A stretch of 64,000 bases of DNA from Candidatus Omnitrophota bacterium (lineage in GTDB: Bacteria; Omnitrophota; Gorgyraeia; S143-82): contig WGBD01000007.1 in assembly GCA_015494465.1 (NCBI GenBank), positions 3,009 to 67,008 of the forward strand, written 5' to 3'. The position numbers and the translations under genes were made by a program. The notes beneath the pieces were generated by a model, which was not told the origin of the DNA, did no database searches, and saw nothing but the letters and a program-made list of their open reading frames with translations. This document shows, one piece after another, positions 10,296 to 18,867 of this stretch (its first letter is position 1; each line of letters begins with the position of its first letter).

Positions 10296-11447
10296 TCAGA
10301 CTATCTTCTTCAACCTTTCAACTGCGACCTTCAACCTATCCTCTCCTAAGGTCAGGGCAAAGCGCACATACCCCTCCCCGTGGGCACCAAAACCAATCCC
10401 AGGGGTGCAGACTATGTCTGCCTTCTCTAGGGCGCGCTTTGCGAACTCTATCGACGAGCCGTTGACTTTCATCCAGACATAGAATGTAGCCTTGGGAGGC
10501 TTCACATCGAATCCCAGTTCTTTCAAACCGTTTACTAGGACATCTCGCCTGCGCTTGTATACTGCCTGCATCTCTTTTATGTGACCGTCACCGTCGCGCA
10601 GGGCGGTGATACCTGCGATCTGTATTGCCTGAAAGATACCGGAATCTATGTTGGACTTCAGCTTGGCAAGGGCGCGGATTACATCTTTATTTCCGCAGAC
10701 CCATCCTATCCTCCAACCGGTCATGTTGTAGGTCTTGGAGAGGGAGTGAAACTCAACGCTCCTGCGCTTGTCCTTGTCCACCTCTAGTATGCTGACTGCC
10801 TTGTACCCGTCGTAGACTATCTCCGAATAGGCCATGTCTTGGACCACGATGAGGTCGTACTTCTCCGCAAAGTCGAGCACCTTGCGGAAGAATTCGTAGT
10901 CCGCCACCGCAGAGGTGGGGTTGTTGGGATAGTTGAGGTAGATTATCTTGGCCTTGTTGAGCACATCCTTGGGGATGGAATCCAGCTCGGGCAAGAAACC
11001 GTTCTCTTCTCTCAAGCCCATCGCGTAGACCGAGGCACCTGCCAGCACCGAGGCGTTTCTATAAGGAGGATAACAGGGATCGGGAACGAGGTTTACCTCT
11101 CCCGGATCGTTTACCGCAAACGGTAGGTGGGCAATGCCTTCTTTGGATCCGATGAGGGGCAATATCTCGGTCTCGGGATCGAGCTGGACCCCGAACTTCC
11201 GCAGATACCACCTGGCTATCTCCTCCCGCAACTCGGGCATGCCCTGATCCATGGCGTAGCGATGATTGGCAGGGTCCTTCACCGCCTCGCACAGGGCGGA
11301 TATGACGAAGTCAGGGGTGGGCATGTCGGGATCGCCTATGCCTAGGTCTATAACATCCCTACCCTCTGCCTTGGCCTGACGCTTGGCCTTGTCTATCTCT
11401 GCGAACAGATAAGGTGGAAGCTTGTCCAGTTTGGACGAGAACCTCAT
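10296..11447 (-). CDS. Class I/II aminotransferase (LL-diaminopimelate/aspartate aminotransferase-like)
   Basis: 383 aa. PLP-lysine motif SLSKTYNMTGWRIGW and NYPNNPT. Confidence 0.8.
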   Translation of the reverse strand: MRFSSKLDKLPPYLFAEIDKAKRQAKAEGRDVIDLGIGDPDMPTPDFVISALCEAVKDPANHRYAMDQGMPELREEIARWYLRKFGVQLDPETEILPLIGSKEGIAHLPFAVNDPGEVNLVPDPCYPPYRNASVLAGASVYAMGLREENGFLPELDSIPKDVLNKAKIIYLNYPNNPTSAVADYEFFRKVLDFAEKYDLIVVQDMAYSEIVYDGYKAVSILEVDKDKRRSVEFHSLSKTYNMTGWRIGWVCGNKDVIRALAKLKSNIDSGIFQAIQIAGITALRDGDGHIKEMQAVYKRRRDVLVNGLKELGFDVKPPKATFYVWMKVNGSSIEFAKRALEKADIVCTPGIGFGAHGEGYVRFALTLGEDRLKVAVERLKKIV

Positions 11448-11460
11448 GCTCTATACCTCC

Positions 11461-12780
11461 TCATAATACGCGGACCTTCTCTCCTTTGCCCCGCAACCTT
11501 CCTCGGGTATCGAATATCAACTTGGCGTTCGCCACCACGAAATCGTAATCCACATTATCGTGATCGGTGGTAAGGAGGACGCAGTCGTAATCGCCCACGG
11601 CTGACAGATCGCTTATCCCCCGCATAGGGCCAACACTCGTCCTTATCTCCTCGACCCACGGATCGTAAAAGTCCACCCGCGCCCTCTTCTCCAAAAGGAG
11701 ATTCATCAGCTCTATTGCAGGGGATTCGCGGGTGTCAGAGACATTTTTTTTGTAAGCCACGCCTAAGACCAATATTCGACTACGAGACAGGGCCAGTCCC
11801 TCCTCGTTGAGGATGTCGGTGAGGCGGTCTAGGACATAGTGGGGCATGTAGTAGTTTATCTGACTGGCCAGTTCTACCAGACGAGGTTCTATTCCGTAAT
11901 CCCTCGCCTTCCAAGTCAGGTAGAGGGGATCGCAGGGGATGCAGTGCCCCCCTATTCCCGGGCCAGGATAGAAGGCCATAAAACCGAACGGTTTGGTCTT
12001 GGCGGATTCGATCACCTCCCACACATCTATCCCCATCTTGTGGCAGATCATGGCGATCTCGTTTACTAACCCTATGTTTACACTGCGGAAGGTGTTTTCC
12101 AGGAGCTTGACCATCTCTGCGGTCCTGGCGGAAGAGACCCTGTAGACCTGCCCTACCACTGCCTCGTAAAGACTGCTCGCTATTTCACCACACTGGGGAG
12201 TAATACCCCCGACGACCTTCGGTATGTCCCGCGTCTTGTAGACCGGATTGGCAGGATCGACCCTCTCGGGCGAGAAAGCAACGAAGATGTCCTTCCCCAC
12301 CTCGAAACCACAGCCCTCTATCCGCTTGGCCAAGAGCTCCTCGGTACTGCCGGGATAGGTGGTGCTCTCCAACACCACTAGCATGTTATCGTGTAACCTT
12401 GGGATAAGGATCTCCACCGCAGAGATCACGAAAGAGAGGTCCGGATCGCGGGTCTTGCGCAAGGGGGTTGGGACGCATATCACCACCACATCTGCGCCTT
12501 TAAGGCAATCGGGATCGGTGGTGGCGGAGAAGTTCCCCTCTACCTCTTCCAGACTTTCGCTTGGGACATCGGATATGTAACTTACTGAGCGGTTTAAACT
12601 ATCGACCTTCTTGGAATCTGGATCGTAGCCGATCGTCTTGAAGCCCGCCCGGGCAAACTCCACCGCCAGGGGCAGACCGACATACCCTAGCCCCATGACG
12701 GTGACCTGGGTCTGCCTGCCCTCGATTTTTCTCTGGAGCGCAGATGCATTATCCGACATAGCCAAGTATTTTAACACCAA
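11461..12780 (-). CDS. UDP-sugar (UDP-GlcNAc/ManNAc) 6-dehydrogenase family protein
   Basis: 439 aa. N-terminal Rossmann VMGLGYVGLPLAVEFA. UDPG/GDP-mannose dehydrogenase architecture with catalytic Cys GGHCIPCDP. Confidence 0.85.
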   Translation of the reverse strand: MVLKYLAMSDNASALQRKIEGRQTQVTVMGLGYVGLPLAVEFARAGFKTIGYDPDSKKVDSLNRSVSYISDVPSESLEEVEGNFSATTDPDCLKGADVVVICVPTPLRKTRDPDLSFVISAVEILIPRLHDNMLVVLESTTYPGSTEELLAKRIEGCGFEVGKDIFVAFSPERVDPANPVYKTRDIPKVVGGITPQCGEIASSLYEAVVGQVYRVSSARTAEMVKLLENTFRSVNIGLVNEIAMICHKMGIDVWEVIESAKTKPFGFMAFYPGPGIGGHCIPCDPLYLTWKARDYGIEPRLVELASQINYYMPHYVLDRLTDILNEEGLALSRSRILVLGVAYKKNVSDTRESPAIELMNLLLEKRARVDFYDPWVEEIRTSVGPMRGISDLSAVGDYDCVLLTTDHDNVDYDFVVANAKLIFDTRGRLRGKGEKVRVL

Positions 12781-12824
12781 ACCAGAGGGATAGGAACTAA
12801 ATATAACAGATCAGGCCCGAGGAG

Positions 12825-13277
12825 TCAGTCGCCTTCCTCTTCCGTCAGATAACGGAGGTCAACCTTATCCTTGTCTCTCCCGCTTGCGCTTTTATTTTTT
12901 ATGAGGTGAGTCTTAGATATAAATGGGATAGGTAAGCCGTCTATCTCCACGACACTTCTGTTCTGATAAGCCTCAGCGAAATCCACCCCATCGATAGAGG
13001 TAAGAATGTCTATACGACGGGGATATACCCCGATTTGGAACACAATGGAGTTCTGGGCAAAGTCCTCTGGGGAGATATTCAAAACCGGGGCACCAAACTC
13101 CACCACGGCATTGTAGACTTTAATCGCATTTTCGGGAGAGGCCTCTACCCATATATCTATATCCCCGGTAGCCCGCACATAGCCGTATACCCCCATCGCA
13201 TAGGCCCCAACTACCAAAAACCTAACTTCGTTTTTTAATAAGATTCGTAATATGTCTTTGTAATCTTCGTTTAGCAA
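12825..13277 (-). CDS. Minimal nucleotidyltransferase (MNT-like, Pol-beta superfamily) in a low-GC islet
   Basis: 150 aa. The G[SA]x9-13Dx[DE] motif reads GAYAMGVYGYVRATGDIDIWV. TTG start with AAGGGAG SD. AT-rich codon usage contrasts with the flanking genes. Confidence 0.55.
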   Translation of the reverse strand: MLNEDYKDILRILLKNEVRFLVVGAYAMGVYGYVRATGDIDIWVEASPENAIKVYNAVVEFGAPVLNISPEDFAQNSIVFQIGVYPRRIDILTSIDGVDFAEAYQNRSVVEIDGLPIPFISKTHLIKNKSASGRDKDKVDLRYLTEEEGD

Positions 13278-13419
13278 GGTTTTCTCCCTTCAAAGACCAT
13301 AACTCCACCGTGAGCTCCCAAATAAGGCGCAAACGCTCTTGAGGACTGCCTGGCACAAAAGGGATGTCCTCTTCCCGCCCAATCTTCGCCAACCTGACCT
13401 TATCCTTTCGCACCCTCAT
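13222..13419 (-). CDS. Hypothetical small protein (65 aa), possible partner of the nucleotidyltransferase
   Basis: ATG at 13419 lies 6 nt downstream of a perfect TATAAT box (13426..13431 minus), suggesting a leaderless transcript. Overlaps the NTase gene by 56 nt in another frame. Contains an RRLQRH (Rx4H-like) stretch. Weak on its own. Confidence 0.3.
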   Translation of the reverse strand: MRVRKDKVRLAKIGREEDIPFVPGSPQERLRLIWELTVELWSLKGENLAKRRLQRHITNLIKKRS

Positions 13420-13477
13420 CTCTATATTATACCCCCTACAAGAGTCGTGAGACAGATTCTTACAGAAAGATTTCGTC

Positions 13478-14368
13478 TCACTTGATTATCTCTACCAACT
13501 GGACCTTGGCGTTGGGCCAGGAAGACATCTCCCTCATGTGCTTGCGGAACCATATTGCCTGGCGTCGGGCGTACTGATAGGTGCGGTGGGCAAGTCTGTC
13601 TTTGGCAGTCTCCAGGTCCATCTCCCCTCTAAGGACTGCCTCCATCTCCTCAACCCCTAACACCTTCCGCGCGGTCTTGCTAAGGCCTTGGGAGGATATC
13701 TCCTTAAACCGCTCCACATCTTCCTCGCTCAAGCGGTCAAGGCGCGCCCTGATCCGCCTATACAATACCTCTCGAGGGGCAAGGTGGACCGTAAAGACTA
13801 TCTCTTTTGCCAATCTGCCGATCCCCCCTTCCCGCCTCTGCCACCAGTAGGAGATAGGCCTGCCCGTGCTGTAATATACCTCCAAGGCCCTCACGATCCT
13901 GCGCAGGTCGTTGGGATGTATCTTTTGCCCCGCCACCGGATCCACCCTGCACAGCTCCCGATACAACTCTCCCCGATCCCTCACCAACAGACTCCGTCGC
14001 AATTCGGGATCTTCCCCTGCGAACGGAAACAATCCCTCCATGAGGACCTTTACATACAGACCGGTGCCTCCAACGACTACCACCGGTCTCCCCTCCTTCC
14101 AAAGGGATTCGACGACCGGCCGGGCCAGATCCAGATACCTTGCCACATTGAACTCCTCTCTGGGAGATATAAAGGAAATAAAGTGGTGGCGGACCTCTTT
14201 CATCTCCTCTTGTGAGGGGGGAAAGGTGAGGAACTCCAACCCCCGATAGACCTGCATGGAATCGGCAGATACTACCTCCGTCCCAAAGGACCTGGCTATC
14301 TCTATTGCCCGATCTGACTTGCCGGTGGCGGTCTGACCGACGATTGCATAAAGGACGTTATTCGACAT
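13478..14368 (-). CDS. miaA: tRNA dimethylallyltransferase
   Basis: 296 aa. P-loop GQTATGKS and MQVYRGLE, typical of MiaA. Confidence 0.9.
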   Translation of the reverse strand: MSNNVLYAIVGQTATGKSDRAIEIARSFGTEVVSADSMQVYRGLEFLTFPPSQEEMKEVRHHFISFISPREEFNVARYLDLARPVVESLWKEGRPVVVVGGTGLYVKVLMEGLFPFAGEDPELRRSLLVRDRGELYRELCRVDPVAGQKIHPNDLRRIVRALEVYYSTGRPISYWWQRREGGIGRLAKEIVFTVHLAPREVLYRRIRARLDRLSEEDVERFKEISSQGLSKTARKVLGVEEMEAVLRGEMDLETAKDRLAHRTYQYARRQAIWFRKHMREMSSWPNAKVQLVEIIK

Positions 14369-14374
14369 GCGGGA

Positions 14375-14458
14375 TTACTTTACGATGTAGAAATTCACAT
14401 AATACCACACGAGGATTGCGATGAGCAACGACAAGAGCAACAATCCAATCCTTTTCAT
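14375..14458 (-). CDS. 27-aa single-TM hydrophobic peptide (MKRIGLLLLSLLIAILVWYYVNFYIVK), unannotated small ORF
   Basis: Its ATG overlaps the cdaA TGA stop in an ATGA motif. An AAGAGGAAG SD sits 5 nt upstream. Its TAA stop is 7 nt before the miaA ATG. Below the ORF-track length cutoff. Confidence 0.4.
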   Translation of the reverse strand: MKRIGLLLLSLLIAILVWYYVNFYIVK

Positions 14459-15276
14459 GCGGTCTTCCTCTTGCCTCGGAAGAATACCACCTTAAACCAA
14501 TCCCAGAGTTTTAGCTTCCCGCTTTCACCCAACATCCTATCCACGATAAACCTGTACAGCTCCTCGGGGCTAACCCCCCTGGTGAGCCTGCCGTCCACTG
14601 CCCAGGAAATCGTGCCCATCTCCTCGGAAACTATTATACAGATGGCGTCGGTCTCCTCGGAGATCCCTATCCCTGCGCGGTGGCGGGTTCCCCTGACATC
14701 GGGGTGGCGCTCACTATCGGTGAGGGGGAAAAGGCATCCCGCTGCGATGACCCTGTTGCCCTTTATCACCACTCCCCCGTCGTGCAATGGGGTGCCGGGA
14801 TGGAATATGGTCTCTATCAATTCCGGTGAGACGATGGCGTCCAGTTTTATACCGGTATCTGCGTAGCCCCGCAGTCCTATGCTCCTCTCTATCGCTATGA
14901 GCGCACCTATCTTCTTCTCTGCGAGATAACTCACCGCTATGGTCACATCCCTTGCCAGCCTCTCTATGGACTTCCTGTCCAACATCAACCTGCCCAAAAG
15001 CGGATTCTGACCGAGACGGGCCAATCCCTGCCTCAACTCCGGCTGGAACAATATGACGAACACCAAAATCGATATGGCAAACACCTTCCCCAGCAACCAG
15101 GTCAGGGTGGTCAGGCCTACGAGGTTGGATAGCAGGAACACCAGGGCCAGTACCACTATACCCCGTATGACATAGAAGGCCCTGGTCCCTTCCAAAAACA
15201 GCATCACCTTGTAAAACAGGTACCAGAGTATGAGTATCTCAATTATGGCCTTCCACCAGACTATCCCCATAGCCAC
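14455..15276 (-). CDS. cdaA: Diadenylate cyclase (c-di-AMP synthase), membrane-anchored
   Basis: 273 aa. Three N-terminal TM helices and a DAC domain with the DGGVVI and RGTRHRAGIGISEETDA motifs. Confidence 0.9.
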   Translation of the reverse strand: MAMGIVWWKAIIEILILWYLFYKVMLFLEGTRAFYVIRGIVVLALVFLLSNLVGLTTLTWLLGKVFAISILVFVILFQPELRQGLARLGQNPLLGRLMLDRKSIERLARDVTIAVSYLAEKKIGALIAIERSIGLRGYADTGIKLDAIVSPELIETIFHPGTPLHDGGVVIKGNRVIAAGCLFPLTDSERHPDVRGTRHRAGIGISEETDAICIIVSEEMGTISWAVDGRLTRGVSPEELYRFIVDRMLGESGKLKLWDWFKVVFFRGKRKTA

Positions 15277-16178
15277 TCCAACAAGGCCTTTTGAACATGC
15301 AACCTGTTCTCCGCCTGATCGAATACGATGGAATTAGGCCCGTCTATCACATCGTCGGCTATCTCCTCACCCCTGTGGGCGGGCAGGCAGTGCATCACCA
15401 ACGGACTACCCAAACGCTTCACTACATCGGAGGTGAGTTGAAACCCCTTGAAGTCCTTGATCTTTCTATCGTGCTGGGACTCCTGCCCCATGCTCACCCA
15501 CACATCGGTGTACACCACATCCAAGGCGCCAAGGCCCTCCAGCGAGTCCACCAGAGATATCGTCTTCCTGCCCCAGTTCTTTACACCTATGGCCTCGGCA
15601 TCCCTCATCACCACCGGAGAGGGCCGGTGATTGCGGGGAGTAAAGACCCGCAGTGAAAATCCGAATATCGCAGATGCGAACATCAGCGAGTGCAGAACAT
15701 TGTTGCCGTCCCCGATGAACCCGACCCTCACATCCTCTAAGATGGGGAACCGTTCCCAGATGGTAAAGACATCCGACAGGGCCTGGCAGGGATGGAACAT
15801 GTCCGTAAGGGCATTTACCACCGGGACCGAGGAATACTCCGCGAACTCTACCAGGTGGGCCTGATCAAAGGTGCGGATTATCACCCCGTAGACATAACGA
15901 CTGAGCGTGCGGGCGACATCCTTCACGGCCTCGCGCTTGCCCAGCCCTACCTCCTGGGCGGACAGGAACACCACATCCCCGCCTAATTCCTTTATCCCCA
16001 CCTCGAACGACACCCGCGTGCGGGTGGAAGGCTTCTCGAAGAGCATGGCAAAGACGCACCCCGAAAGGGTGCTCAACCTGTGCCCCCGCCTCCGGGTGGC
16101 CTTCAGGTCCTTAGCCCGATTGAGGACCGGCCAGAGGTCGTCTGCAGTGAAGTCCTTAAGACTGAGAAAATGCCTCAT
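15261..16178 (-). CDS. argF: Ornithine carbamoyltransferase
   Basis: 305 aa. Carbamoyl-phosphate binding STRTR and the HCLPA motif. Confidence 0.9.
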   Translation of the reverse strand: MRHFLSLKDFTADDLWPVLNRAKDLKATRRRGHRLSTLSGCVFAMLFEKPSTRTRVSFEVGIKELGGDVVFLSAQEVGLGKREAVKDVARTLSRYVYGVIIRTFDQAHLVEFAEYSSVPVVNALTDMFHPCQALSDVFTIWERFPILEDVRVGFIGDGNNVLHSLMFASAIFGFSLRVFTPRNHRPSPVVMRDAEAIGVKNWGRKTISLVDSLEGLGALDVVYTDVWVSMGQESQHDRKIKDFKGFQLTSDVVKRLGSPLVMHCLPAHRGEEIADDVIDGPNSIVFDQAENRLHVQKALLEWLWG

Positions 16179-17355
16179 CCAGCACCTCTTCCAGCAAAAG
16201 CAGTCCCTTCTCCAAGTACTTATCCTCTATGTTCAGTGCAGGCATAATCCTCAAGACCGTGGTGTGGGTGCAGTTCACCAGCACGCCCTTCTCCAAGGCC
16301 CTTTCCACTATCTCCTTGCAGGGGACGGTCAACTCCACTCCCCACATAAATCCTTTGCCCCGGACCTCGCGTATCCTGCCCGGCCAGCGCTTTTTCCAGG
16401 ACTCAAACCTCGCCCTCAACTCCTCGCCGGTGCGCCTCACTCGGGCAATCAACCTGTGCTTCTGTATCGCCTTAAACACCGCAACCCCCGCCCTACACAC
16501 CAACGGCCCGCCTCCAAAGGTGCTAGCGTGCATACCGGGCTTAAAGGCCTCTGCAACCTCCGCCCGGGCGACCATCGCCCCGATCGGCAGGCCTCCGCCA
16601 AGGCCTTTAGCAAGGGTGAATATGTCCGGCTCCACTCCATATCCCTGGAAGCAGAACCAGTCCCCGGTGCGCCCCATACCGGTCTGGACCTCGTCGAATA
16701 TCAAGAGTATCCCCTTTTCGTCGCACAGCCTCCGCAGGGCCTTTACATAGTCGGGATCGGCAACATTTATCCCGCCCTCGCCCTGTATGAGCTCCAATAT
16801 GACCGCGACGGTCTCGTCGGTGATTGTGGATTCCACCGCTGAGATGTCGTTGAACCTCACCCGTTTTACGCCCGGCAGGAGGGGATCAAACCCCGCCTGA
16901 TAGGCATCCTGTCCGGTGAGGGTAAGGGCACCGAGCGTGCGCCCGTGAAAGGAGTTCTCCATGGTGATTACCTCGTACTTGCCCTTGTCCCTTCCCCAGG
17001 CCCGGGCCAGTTTCAACGCGGACTCCACCGCCTCTGCCCCGGAGTTGCAGAAGAAGACCTTCGCGGGGAAGCCAACCCGATAGGTCAACTCCTTCGCAAG
17101 CCTGGCCTGAGGGATGTGGTAGAAGTTGTTGGGCAGGTGGATCAGCTTGCTCACCTGATGCCTGACCGCGTTCATCACCTCCGAGGGGCAGTGCCCAAGG
17201 ATGGAGACACCCCATCCCGGGAAGAGGTCTATGTACTCCCGATGGTGGATGTCCCACAGCCGAGAGCCCTTGCCCTTTATAAACACCCTCGGCATGCGGG
17301 TGTAGGTGTTCATTATTAGGTCCTGATATATCTGGTATACCTCGTTTTCACGCAT
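16156..17355 (-). CDS. argD: Acetylornithine aminotransferase (class III)
   Basis: PLP motif DEVQTGMGRTG and TFGG. Start set at the internal Met (MRENEVYQIY..). A TTCAAA-17-TAGAAT promoter ends 8 nt upstream of it. Confidence 0.85.
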   Translation of the reverse strand: MRENEVYQIYQDLIMNTYTRMPRVFIKGKGSRLWDIHHREYIDLFPGWGVSILGHCPSEVMNAVRHQVSKLIHLPNNFYHIPQARLAKELTYRVGFPAKVFFCNSGAEAVESALKLARAWGRDKGKYEVITMENSFHGRTLGALTLTGQDAYQAGFDPLLPGVKRVRFNDISAVESTITDETVAVILELIQGEGGINVADPDYVKALRRLCDEKGILLIFDEVQTGMGRTGDWFCFQGYGVEPDIFTLAKGLGGGLPIGAMVARAEVAEAFKPGMHASTFGGGPLVCRAGVAVFKAIQKHRLIARVRRTGEELRARFESWKKRWPGRIREVRGKGFMWGVELTVPCKEIVERALEKGVLVNCTHTTVLRIMPALNIEDKYLEKGLLLLEEVLDEAFSQS

Positions 17356-17446
17356 AGGGTTATATTCTAACCCAAACGGGTGAGGTTTTGAATTAGAAAG
17401 ATAAAGCGTTTCTCTCCACCGGACAGAAAAGGTATAATAGTCGGAT

Positions 17447-18865
17447 ATGCGAGGGCTCAATGGGCATACATCCCTTTTGACCGACCGCTACGAACTCACC
17501 ATGGCCCAGACCTACCTCCGGGCGGGCCTTGGGGATAAGACTGCCAGGTTCGAATACTTCTTCCGCTCCCTGCCCTTCGACGGGGGATATCTGGTATTTG
17601 CGGGACTGCAGGACCTGTTAGAGGCGATCGTCAACTTCCGTTTCGGGGAACGGGAGTTGAGGTTCCTTAAAGAAGAGGGGTTCTCTTCCGAATTCTTGGA
17701 CTACCTGCGGGAATTCCGCTTCCAGGGCGACATCTACTCGGTAAAAGAGGGAGAGATCGTATTCCCTATAGAGCCACTAGTAATAGTCGAAGGGAACCTC
17801 GTGGAGACCCAGATCGTAGAGACACTCGTGCTCAACACGATCAACTTCCAATCCCTAATAGCCACCAAGGCCAAGCGGGCCCAATGGGTGGCAGGACCCC
17901 GTCTCATCGCCGACTTTGGACTCCGACGGGCCCACGGGCTCGGCGGGATACAGGCCAGCCGGGCCAGCATAATAGGTGGGTGCAGTGCGACCTCAAACCT
18001 CATGGCTGGGCTGTTGTACGGGGTCAGGACCGTGGGCACGATGGCCCACTCCTTCGTACTGGCCTTCCCCGACGAATTGACCGCCTTCCGCGAATACGCC
18101 AGGGCAAACCCCGACGACTGCGTCTTGCTGATAGACACCTACGACACACTCAACAGCGGACTGCCAAACGCCATCACCGTTGCCAAGGAGATGGAGCGAT
18201 CCGGACACCGACTAAAAGGCGTCCGGATAGACAGCGGGGATCTGGCCTACCTATCCCGCAAGGTAAGGGAGAGGCTGGACGCAGAGGGGCTCGATTATGT
18301 GAAGGTGGTGGTCTCCAATCAACTGGACGAGTTCGTAATCCGCTCTCTGCTAGAGCAGAGAGCCCCGATTGACTTCTTCGGAGTGGGCACCCGTCTCATA
18401 ACCGGCCAACCAGATTCTGCGCTGGACGGGGTCTACAAGTTGACCGTTCTGGACGATGAACCCAAGATGAAGATCTCTGACACCTTAACCAAGGCAACCC
18501 TGCCCGGCAAGAAGAAAATCCTTCGCTGTCGCGACGAAAACGGATACTTCCTCATGGATGTGATATGCCTTGAGGACGAGCCCTTGCCGAAAGAGATGTA
18601 CCATCCCTTTGAGCCCACGAAGCACTGCAAGATCAAGGGATCTGCCGAGCCACTTTTATTCAAGGTGATGGAAAAGGGACGGATATTAGAGGATACACCC
18701 GACCTCTACGAGATCGCAGGATACTGCAATCAAAGGTTCTCTCACCTACCTGAGGAGCACAAGAGGTTCGAATATCCGCACACCTACAAGGTAGGGATAA
18801 GCCCAAGATTGCGGAAGGTGCGGGACCAGCTGATGGAGATAAACCTGGCTCAAAAGGAGGATTAG
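17447..18865 (+). CDS. pncB: Nicotinate phosphoribosyltransferase
   Basis: 472 aa. N-terminal LLTDRYELTMAQTY is typical of NAPRTase. TATAAT at 17433..17438 lies 8 nt upstream of the ATG. Confidence 0.9.
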   Translation: MRGLNGHTSLLTDRYELTMAQTYLRAGLGDKTARFEYFFRSLPFDGGYLVFAGLQDLLEAIVNFRFGERELRFLKEEGFSSEFLDYLREFRFQGDIYSVKEGEIVFPIEPLVIVEGNLVETQIVETLVLNTINFQSLIATKAKRAQWVAGPRLIADFGLRRAHGLGGIQASRASIIGGCSATSNLMAGLLYGVRTVGTMAHSFVLAFPDELTAFREYARANPDDCVLLIDTYDTLNSGLPNAITVAKEMERSGHRLKGVRIDSGDLAYLSRKVRERLDAEGLDYVKVVVSNQLDEFVIRSLLEQRAPIDFFGVGTRLITGQPDSALDGVYKLTVLDDEPKMKISDTLTKATLPGKKKILRCRDENGYFLMDVICLEDEPLPKEMYHPFEPTKHCKIKGSAEPLLFKVMEKGRILEDTPDLYEIAGYCNQRFSHLPEEHKRFEYPHTYKVGISPRLRKVRDQLMEINLAQKED

Positions 18866-18867
18866 AG

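Noticed and set aside
12781-12830. Direct-repeat or att-site partner for the palindromic element at the other edge of the low-GC islet
   Set aside because: No convincing match to the 33-nt element or other terminal repeats was found at 12781..12830. No integrase or transposase is present. So the islet is not called a mobile element.
13222-13419. Calling the 65-aa islet ORF a HEPN toxin
   Set aside because: An Rx4H-like RRLQRH stretch exists, but 65 aa cannot hold a HEPN fold. It is kept as a low-confidence hypothetical, not a HEPN call.
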